Assembly (NCBI GenBank): GCA_003514005.1
Contig: DOSJ01000004.1
Location: 101,533 to 165,532, forward strand
Direction of reading: 5' to 3'
Origin: Candidatus Falkowbacteria bacterium
GTDB lineage: Bacteria; Patescibacteriota; Patescibacteriia; Patescibacteriales; UBA12075
Length of the DNA stretch: 64,000 bases
In this document: piece after piece, positions 53,401 through 60,232 of the stretch
Numbering within the stretch: the first letter of the stretch is position 1
Layout: the number at the start of each line of letters is the position of its first letter
Program-made: the position numbers and the translations under genes
Notes under the pieces: model-generated
Database searches by the model: none
What the model saw: the letters and a program-made list of their open reading frames with translations, nothing else
Told to the model about the DNA's origin: nothing

Positions 53401-53430
53401 ATGACACAACGGCCTTCGAGCTATGGGTAG
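53401..53430 (+). CDS. micro-ORF, 9 aa MTQRPSSYG
   Basis: AGGAGGTGA (53390-53398) precedes the ATG. It differs from the first copy at codons 5-8, and three of the four changed codons are synonymous. Confidence 0.4.
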   Translation: MTQRPSSYG

Positions 53431-53987
53431 CAGTTTCACTGTTGCTGAAAAAAACAAAATATACTAAGAAATAATGACCCGGAACTGACCCGCCCTACCT
53501 GGCCGCCATAAGCGCGCGCATGTAACGCGGCTCCCTACACCCGCTATTTTTCCCAATATTCGGGTGATTGTTTGGCGATTCAGTTTGGAAAACGGCCGGG
53601 GGATTTCCTGATGAAATCCAGCCCCGCCACTATATCCTCGAAGAAGTATCGGTGCCAAAACTGGTTGCGCTCCACCTTTATCGCCCATTGAGTGCACCTG
53701 CTTATCGGACCGATGTGGCTGGAAAACCAGACCACAAATGTGAAAATCCCTCTTGAATGAGGGCTATGACCGGGAAGAAGTCCTGGTTGAAGAAAGAGAT
53801 AAGTAAAAAGTATTCCCGTCGAAGGATGGGGAAATTTCCGGGAAAACATCCCGGTTTGTGTAACCGGCCTATCCTGAATGAATGTTGGCCGTCCCACCCC
53901 TTACCGTGTTCTGCAGACATGGTAAGGGGTTTTTTATATAAAAAAGCGCATAGTAACTATGTGCTTTTTAAATATTTGAAACTAAAA

Positions 53988-56900
53988 TTATCCAAGCGCT
54001 TTTTTCAAAAACTTACCAGTATGTGTATCGGTCTCCGCAACTTCAAGCGGTGTGCCTTGTGCAACAATATAGCCGCCTTTGTCGCCACCTTCTGGGCCGA
54101 GGTCAATGATGTGATCGACGGATTTTATTACGTCTAGGTTGTGTTCGATAATTAAGACGGTGTTACCTTTGTCAACCAGTTTGTTTAATACACCCAATAA
54201 GCGTTTAATATCTTCAAAATGGAGGCCGGTGGTTGGTTCGTCCAGAATATAGAGGGTTTTGCCAGTAGCGCGGCGCGAGAGTTCGCTAGCCAGCTTGATG
54301 CGTTGGGCCTCACCTCCAGATAGTGTCGTGGCAGATTGACCGAGTTTGATATAGCCTAGTCCAACCTCAAATAGGGTTAACATTTTGGTGTAAATAGTCG
54401 GGATATTTTTGAAAAAATCCATTGCTTCTTCGATCGTCATATTGAGTACATCGGAAATGTTTTTTCCTTTATAAAAAATATCAAGTGCTTCTTTGTTGTA
54501 TCTATGTCCATGGCAAACTTCGCATTCTACATAAACATCGGGCAAAAATTGCATTTCGATTTTAACCATGCCGTCGCCGGAGCAGGCTTCACAGCGGCCG
54601 CCGACAACGTTAAACGAGAAACGTCCGGCTTTGTAGCCTCTTATCTTTGATTCGGGTAAGCCGGCAAAAAGATCGCGGATAGGAGTGAAGGCGCCGGTAT
54701 AGGTAGCTGGATTGGAGCGCGGTGTTCGGCCGATTGGTGATTGGTCAATATCGATTACTTTATCAATAAAGCCCAGGCCTTCAATACGGTCATGTTTGCC
54801 TGGTTCGGCTTTGGCGCGGTAAAATTTTTTGCTCAAAGCCTTGGCAAGAATATCGGACATAAGGGTTGACTTGCCGGATCCGGATACACCGGTGATTGCG
54901 ATTAGCTTGCCCAAAGGAAATTCAACATCAATATTTTTTAGATTATGTTCGCTGGCGTTATAAATTTTGATCGCTTGCCGCAGTCCTTTGCGATAGGTTT
55001 TTGGGGCAATAATCGATTTTTTACCGGATAAATATTGCCCGGTCAAAGAAACCGTGCTTTTTTTGATCTGCGCTGGAGTTCCGGCCGCGATGATATTACC
55101 ACCATGTTCGCCCGCACCAGGGCCTACGTCAATTAGCCAATCAGCGGCATTCATGGTTTCTTCGTCATGTTCGACAACAATAACCGTATTACCGATATCG
55201 CGCAGTTTTTTGATAGTTTCGATTAGTCTTTTATTGTCTCTTTGATGAAGTCCGATTGAGGGTTCATCCAAGATATATAAAACTCCGACAAGCGATGTGC
55301 CGATCTGATTTGCCAAACGGATGCGTTGGGCCTCTCCGCCCGAAAGCGTGTTGGCCGCGCGGCCGATTGTTAGATAGCTAAGGCCGACATTGTTCAAAAA
55401 ATCCAAACGCGCGCAGATTTCTTTGATAATTTGGGTAGATATCTTTTTTTCTTTGGCGCTTAGCTCTTTGCTTTCCGCCATTTCACAAAAAAATTCTTTG
55501 GCTTTATCAATCGTTTTTGTGCTAACATCATGAATGGAATGGGAAAGAATTTTCACACCCAAAATCTCTTTTTTCAAGCGTTTGCCTTCGCAAGACGGAC
55601 AGATAAGTACGCGCATGTATTGCTCGATCTCTTTTCGTACCCAGTCGGATTCGGTTTGGTTGAAACGGCGTTCCAGATTTGGGACAACACCTTCAAATTC
55701 TGTCGAGAGCTCGCCGGAAAAGCGTTCGCTTTCGTAGTCAACGCTATAGTTTTTTTTGCCAGTGCCATATAGCACAATATCAAGCTGTGCCTTGGTCAAA
55801 TCTTTTATCAAAGTATTCAGATCAAAACCGTTTTTTGTAGCAACCGTACCAAGAATACGCATGAGCCAAGTTTGCCCGGTGGTAGTGCTGTGCGACCAAG
55901 GGCGGATTCCGCCTTGGGCGATTGTTAGGTTCTGATTTAAAATTAATTTTGGATCTATTTCAAGCTTTGTACCGATTCCGGAACACTCCGGACATGCGCC
56001 ATGGGGAGAATTAAACGAAAAATTGCGTGGTTCCAATTCAGGCAGACTGATGCCGCAATCCGGACAAGCAAAAAGCTTGGAATAAGTAATGTCTTTATTA
56101 TCCGCGCTTTTGCTTTCAGTCGCCCCTCCCCAGTCTTGGGAAGGGGATGGGGGTGGGGTGTTTTTTTTAATCGTAGGCGATACTGTTATCAATCCATTTC
56201 CCAAATCAAGTGCTTTTTCTACCGCTTCGGCAAGCCGTGCGCGGTCTTCGTTTCCATCCAGATTAAAGCGGTCAATAACTATTTCAACAGTATGTTTTTT
56301 TTGTTTATTTACTTCCAGGTCTTCAACCTCATCCAAAGTATAGTAAGAGCCATCAAAACGAACTCGGCTAAAACCGGCTTTGGCAATGCCGACCAAAATA
56401 TTTTTATGCTCACCTTTTTTGTCTTTGATTAATGGGGCAAGGATGGTAAGATTGGTTTTGGCAAACATCCGGGTTACGTTATCGACAATCTCGTCAACCG
56501 TATATTGGCGGATTTTTTTTCCGCATTCCGGGCAATGCGGTACGCCAATACGCGCGAAGAGTAGGCGCATATAATCATATATTTCTGTAATCGTACCAAC
56601 GGTCGAGCGTGGATTGTGCGGTGCCGTTTTTTGGTCTATTGAGATAGCAGGCGACAAGCCCTCGATCGAATCAACATCCGGCTTGTCCATAAGCCCGACA
56701 AATTGTCTGGCATAGGCCGAAAGTGACTCAACATATCGTCTTTGCCCCTCGGCATAGATAGTATCAAAAGCCAAAGAAGACTTGCCGGATCCGGAAAGTC
56801 CGGTAATCACGACAAATTTGTCGCGCGGTATTTCGACATTGATATTCTTGAGATTATGAACGCGTGCCCCCTTTATTTTTATTGAGTTATTGTTTGACAT
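53988..56900 (-). CDS. uvrA: excinuclease ABC subunit A
   Basis: Two ABC modules ([36 protein letters not shown] twice), zinc modules and 970 aa. Confidence 0.97.
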   Translation of the reverse strand: MSNNNSIKIKGARVHNLKNINVEIPRDKFVVITGLSGSGKSSLAFDTIYAEGQRRYVESLSAYARQFVGLMDKPDVDSIEGLSPAISIDQKTAPHNPRSTVGTITEIYDYMRLLFARIGVPHCPECGKKIRQYTVDEIVDNVTRMFAKTNLTILAPLIKDKKGEHKNILVGIAKAGFSRVRFDGSYYTLDEVEDLEVNKQKKHTVEIVIDRFNLDGNEDRARLAEAVEKALDLGNGLITVSPTIKKNTPPPSPSQDWGGATESKSADNKDITYSKLFACPDCGISLPELEPRNFSFNSPHGACPECSGIGTKLEIDPKLILNQNLTIAQGGIRPWSHSTTTGQTWLMRILGTVATKNGFDLNTLIKDLTKAQLDIVLYGTGKKNYSVDYESERFSGELSTEFEGVVPNLERRFNQTESDWVRKEIEQYMRVLICPSCEGKRLKKEILGVKILSHSIHDVSTKTIDKAKEFFCEMAESKELSAKEKKISTQIIKEICARLDFLNNVGLSYLTIGRAANTLSGGEAQRIRLANQIGTSLVGVLYILDEPSIGLHQRDNKRLIETIKKLRDIGNTVIVVEHDEETMNAADWLIDVGPGAGEHGGNIIAAGTPAQIKKSTVSLTGQYLSGKKSIIAPKTYRKGLRQAIKIYNASEHNLKNIDVEFPLGKLIAITGVSGSGKSTLMSDILAKALSKKFYRAKAEPGKHDRIEGLGFIDKVIDIDQSPIGRTPRSNPATYTGAFTPIRDLFAGLPESKIRGYKAGRFSFNVVGGRCEACSGDGMVKIEMQFLPDVYVECEVCHGHRYNKEALDIFYKGKNISDVLNMTIEEAMDFFKNIPTIYTKMLTLFEVGLGYIKLGQSATTLSGGEAQRIKLASELSRRATGKTLYILDEPTTGLHFEDIKRLLGVLNKLVDKGNTVLIIEHNLDVIKSVDHIIDLGPEGGDKGGYIVAQGTPLEVAETDTHTGKFLKKALG

Positions 56901-57065
56901 TTATATTATTCTTTAATTATTTAACGGATTTTATTATACATCAGTTTTTCGGGTAGCGCAAGGGGGAGTCGGTGATTTTTCTTTGATATTTTTTAGCTTG
57001 ACAAAAATAGGGAAAACATGTAGTATGAATTCAACAATTTCGCACATTTAATTTAAGGAGAAATT

Positions 57066-57698
57066 ATGATTAATTGTTTGTTCTTTGATTTTGGGAATGT
57101 TATTTATTTTGCGGATCAGATGATTGCGTATAAAAAATTTTCTGAGTATAGCCCTTTTTCAGCTGAAAAAATATACGAGCTGATTTATTTGGGTGGTATT
57201 GAGAAAATTCCAGATGAAGGAGGGACTTTTAGTAATTTTTATCTAGAATCTATTAAGAAAATCAAGGCCGACAAGAAAAAATTAACATCTGATATCTTTT
57301 TAGAAATTTGGTGTAATATTTTTAGCCCCGTTAATGGAATGGATGAATTACTTCAAAAAATAAAACCCGATGTTAGAAAAATTCTTGTATCAAATACAAA
57401 CTTTATCCATTGGCAAGGGACAATGTCAAAGCTTCCTTTGATAAAAAAGCATTTTTCAGAAAAAGAAAATCAAGTGCTCTCATTTCAAGTCGGCAAAAGA
57501 AAACCAGATAATTTGATGTGGATTGAAGCATATAAAAAGGGAAAGTGTAATCTGGATGAAGCATTGTTTATCGATGACGTGCCCTTGTTCGTAGATTCTT
57601 TTCAAATATTTGGGGGGAAAGGAATTGTGTTTAATGCAAAAACTGATTCCATTTATTTTCTAGAAAAAAAATTAAAGACGTACGATGTTTTAATTTGA
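57066..57698 (+). CDS. HAD-superfamily hydrolase (YihX-like)
   Basis: FFDFGNVIYF (motif I variant DxGxV), SNTN (motif II) and FIDDV (motif IV). Confidence 0.75.
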   Translation: MINCLFFDFGNVIYFADQMIAYKKFSEYSPFSAEKIYELIYLGGIEKIPDEGGTFSNFYLESIKKIKADKKKLTSDIFLEIWCNIFSPVNGMDELLQKIKPDVRKILVSNTNFIHWQGTMSKLPLIKKHFSEKENQVLSFQVGKRKPDNLMWIEAYKKGKCNLDEALFIDDVPLFVDSFQIFGGKGIVFNAKTDSIYFLEKKLKTYDVLI

Positions 57699-57832
57699 AA
57701 AAATAAATTATTACATAAAATAAACCTCGACAGACTTTGTTCTGAGCGAGGTTTTTTAGTTTGACAAAAATCAAGATTACCTGTATTGTAATTTCAACAA
57801 TTCAGAAACAAATAAAAAAGGAGAAAAATAAA

Positions 57833-58015
57833 ATGAGCCCTTTACCATTTATTATTGTAGGAAAAATTGTTTTGATTCCGGCGTATTTTGCCATTAAAAA
57901 ATTTGGCGTAAAAACTGTTGGTACTGCTCTTTTAAAAACCGCTGTTGGTACCACAATACTAACGGCAACATATAAAGGATTAAGGAGTATTCATGAAAAC
58001 AAAAGAGCAAATTAA
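57833..58015 (+). CDS. small membrane protein (60 aa)
   Basis: AAGGAGAA SD 8 nt before the ATG. Two hydrophobic helices. The track start at 57761 is the TTGACA of a likely promoter. Confidence 0.5.
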   Translation: MSPLPFIIVGKIVLIPAYFAIKKFGVKTVGTALLKTAVGTTILTATYKGLRSIHENKRAN

Positions 58016-58247
58016 AGCAGATTTGCGTTTTGGCAGATTTGCACGAATTGCAATGATTATATTGATAGTTATTTTGGCGTTAGTAGCAGTATTATCATCT
58101 ATTGATATCTATTTTTTTGGTCTTAATAAGTTCAATTTCGTATTACTTTTTGCTCCATCAATTTTAGTCTACAATTGTTTTTTGGTCGTTGAAATAGCTG
58201 ACAAGAATATTTTAAGGCTAAAAAATATTCCACTTAAGGAAGAGTAA
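57993..58247 (+). CDS. small membrane protein (84 aa)
   Basis: TAAGGAG SD. Two TM helices. Overlaps the upstream ORF by 23 nt. Confidence 0.5.
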   Translation: MKTKEQIKADLRFGRFARIAMIILIVILALVAVLSSIDIYFFGLNKFNFVLLFAPSILVYNCFLVVEIADKNILRLKNIPLKEE

Positions 58248-58258
58248 AAGGAGAGTTA

Positions 58259-58435
58259 GTGAATACAGAAAATATAGATAAGGAAAATTTTGGTTTTATC
58301 GAATTTTTAAAATCATTTCCAACTATGCTATTTCTGGTTTTCGTAGCCATGATGGTAGCCTTCTTCCTTTATGCTTGCATGACTGATGTGGGCACGATGG
58401 AGTTTGCTCGTTTTTTTATCGGGACGTTTATATGA
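58259..58435 (+). CDS. small membrane protein (58 aa, GTG start)
   Basis: Own translation (below the track cutoff): (M)NTENIDKENFGFIEFLKSFPTMLFLVFVAMMVAFFLYACMTDVGTMEFARFFIGTFI. AAAGGAGAG SD. Followed by the terminator at 58468. Confidence 0.45.
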   Translation: MNTENIDKENFGFIEFLKSFPTMLFLVFVAMMVAFFLYACMTDVGTMEFARFFIGTFI

Positions 58436-58467
58436 CGAGATATAGAGAAAATTTTAACTACCAATCA

Positions 58468-58501
58468 AACCCCGCTTGTAATATAGCGGGGTTGTTTTTT
58501 T
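58468..58501 (+). terminator. intrinsic terminator
   Basis: aaccccgct-tgtaatat-agcggggtt followed by gttttttt. Confidence 0.8.
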
Positions 58502-58599
58502 AAATATAGAAGTATTTTTACAAATTGACAAAATCAATTATTTATAATAAATTAAAGTCCTGAACATTCAAAATAGAATATTAAAAAAGGAGAGAGAAA

Positions 58600-59463
58600 A
58601 TGGAAAAAATTAAAAAATTGGTAAGCATTATTTTTGTATTTATGTTTTTTGTATCCGGACTTGCTTTTGCAGAGGATAAGATTCGAGTATTATTATCCGA
58701 GGGACAGCTTAAAAGCATAAGTGTCAAAAGAGTGAAGGATGTTGAGGTGCAAATTTCTTTCAGCGATGAATTATCGGGCTTGCATGAATATACTATAAAA
58801 GAAATTGTACAAAAACTTTTGATTGAAAAACAGCCGTTTTACTACAATGAAAGATTAAATACGCTAAGTAGTTTATTACCGCTTAGGATTAACCGGGAAT
58901 ATAGTTATAAAATATTTCTAGATCAGGAAAAGAATCTTATATATGGGGAAAAAATATTAAATGAACCCATTTCTGCATCTAAAATCTGGAGATGTTATAC
59001 AACGATGTTGCTATCATTATTTATTCTGGTACTGCCAATGATTTTTAAAATTACAATCCATTTTTATTCAAAAAATAAAGGATGGCTAAGCGTGTTTTTT
59101 GTTTCATTATTTTTGATTATGTTTGTTATTCAATTATGTATAGTGGGTGAATTTATAATGATTTTATTTTTAGCACAGATAGTTTTAATTGGCGCTTCAG
59201 TATTTATAAATGATGTATTTTTAGAAAAAATCAGCATAAGAAAATTTCCAGCAATTTTTGCCAGTACATTTTTGATGACAATTTCCGTTTTAGCAGGAAT
59301 TGTAGTACTGGTGAATATTCAAATTGCACAATCTATTAATTTTCTTCTAGTTCCGTATTTTATTTATTTTTTTATCACTTGCATATTGTTTTTTATTGTA
59401 TATTTCTTGGAAAAAAGAAAAACACAAACAATAAAATGCGATTTTCAATTTGATAGTAAATAA
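58600..59463 (+). CDS. membrane protein (287 aa): signal peptide, ~120-aa exposed domain, ~5 TM
   Basis: GGAGAGAG SD (58589-58596) 3 nt before the ATG. Signal-like N-terminus IIFVFMFFVSGLAFA. Confidence 0.6.
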   Translation: MEKIKKLVSIIFVFMFFVSGLAFAEDKIRVLLSEGQLKSISVKRVKDVEVQISFSDELSGLHEYTIKEIVQKLLIEKQPFYYNERLNTLSSLLPLRINREYSYKIFLDQEKNLIYGEKILNEPISASKIWRCYTTMLLSLFILVLPMIFKITIHFYSKNKGWLSVFFVSLFLIMFVIQLCIVGEFIMILFLAQIVLIGASVFINDVFLEKISIRKFPAIFASTFLMTISVLAGIVVLVNIQIAQSINFLLVPYFIYFFITCILFFIVYFLEKRKTQTIKCDFQFDSK

Positions 59464-59481
59464 AACAAAAATTTAACCTCT

Positions 59482-59510
59482 GGGCAGTGAACGCTTCACT
59501 GCCCTTTTTT
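59482..59510 (+). terminator. intrinsic terminator
   Basis: gggcagtgaa-cgc-ttcactgccc followed by tttttt. Confidence 0.8.
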
Positions 59511-59511
59511 A

Positions 59512-59563
59512 TTTGCAAATTAGAGTTTTTATGTTAATATATACCCATGATTAAAGAAAAAAT
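59512..59563 (+). repeat. 52-bp direct repeat A (copy of the valS promoter/leader)
   Basis: tttgcaaattagagtttttatgttaatatatacccatgattaaagaaaaaat. 50/52 identical to 60169-60220. Contains TTGCAA-N16-TAATAT. Confidence 0.9.
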
Positions 59564-59571
59564 ATTTGATA

Positions 59572-60042
59572 ATGGAAAATAATAATTTTGAAAATATAAA
59601 AAAATCAGCAGAAAGTTTTTATGGAAAAATTGGAAAAGTAAATTGTCCGGCTTTGAAAGAATTAGTGTATTTTAACTCGGAGGGCTTTAATCATTTGTTG
59701 TATAAAAATAAAAGCGTTCGAACGCAAAAAGAACAGGCGCTGAAATTAAAATTTTTAGCAATTGGAAAAGAGATAATTGAATTGTCGACAACTTATCAAG
59801 AATACGACGAATCTCTGAAAGAAATTCAGGTTAAACAATTTAAAAGGAAGGTGATGAAAACCGTAATGATTAAATATTGGGGATTGGTGGCTATTATCAG
59901 AGGTTGTAGAGTCAAAGTAATTGTGAGACAAATTGGTGAGGGTAAAAAGCATTTTTGGAGCGTGATGCCAACGTGGGGATATGATCATTATAGAGATACA
60001 AAATTTGTAATAAAATCAAAAGGAAATCTTGATGAAGATTAA
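59572..60042 (+). CDS. hypothetical protein (156 aa from ATG) inside a cassette bracketed by 52-bp direct repeats
   Basis: Track ORF (TTG start at 59566; ATG at 59572 MENNNFEN...). Motifs VYFNSEGFNHLLYK and KHFWSVMP. Family not recognised. Confidence 0.55.
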   Translation: MENNNFENIKKSAESFYGKIGKVNCPALKELVYFNSEGFNHLLYKNKSVRTQKEQALKLKFLAIGKEIIELSTTYQEYDESLKEIQVKQFKRKVMKTVMIKYWGLVAIIRGCRVKVIVRQIGEGKKHFWSVMPTWGYDHYRDTKFVIKSKGNLDED

Positions 60043-60043
60043 A

Positions 60044-60071
60044 AAACACCACCTAAAGGTGATGTTTTTTT
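60044..60071 (+). terminator. intrinsic terminator
   Basis: acaccacc-taaa-ggtgatgt followed by ttttttt. Confidence 0.7.
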
Positions 60072-60168
60072 GTATGCCTGCCTTCAGCTTAACGTTGAGC
60101 CGAATAGGGCTGACGCCCCACAAGCATACTTATATGATATAGAATATTTTATTTTTTGTCAATTGAAA

Positions 60169-60220
60169 TTTGCAAAATAGAGTTTTTGTGTTAATATATA
60201 CCCATGATTAAAGAAAAAAT
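60169..60220 (+). repeat. 52-bp direct repeat B (valS promoter/leader)
   Basis: tttgcaaaatagagtttttgtgttaatatatacccatgattaaagaaaaaat, 12 nt upstream of the valS ATG. Confidence 0.9.
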
Positions 60221-60232
60221 AAGAATAAAAAT

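Larger units (their letters stand above)
53050..53936 (+). ncRNA. ~890-nt locus: three SD-preceded micro-ORFs followed by a ~480-nt GC-rich structured RNA and its own terminator; class unknown
   Basis: No credible long ORF on either strand. Many local helices (e.g. 53594-53628, 53715-53735, 53748-53763, 53838-53867). Terminator ccccttacc...ggtaagggg + tttttt at 53897-53936. Confidence 0.45.

Noticed and set aside
53460-53936. Possibility that the structured region is RNase P RNA, tmRNA or SRP RNA
   Set aside because: GGGAAGAAGTCCTGG (53771-53785) and CTTATCGG (53701-53708) faintly recall the RNase P P4 strands, but they occur in the wrong order and do not match GAGGAAAGTCCGG. No tRNA-like T-arm/CCA end or tag ORF (tmRNA) is present, and there is no GGAA-tetraloop/AGCA symmetric-loop motif (SRP). 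A known class cannot be excluded without covariance-model searches.
53116-54137. Track ORFs 53116..53382(-), 53464..53697(-), 53580..53897(-), 53702..53920(-), 53568..53756(+) and 53757..54137(+)
   Set aside because: They are mutually overlapping on both strands, lack SD sites, and have Pro/Arg/Gly-rich products typical of GC-rich non-coding sequence. The last one runs antisense into uvrA. The region is better explained as structured RNA.
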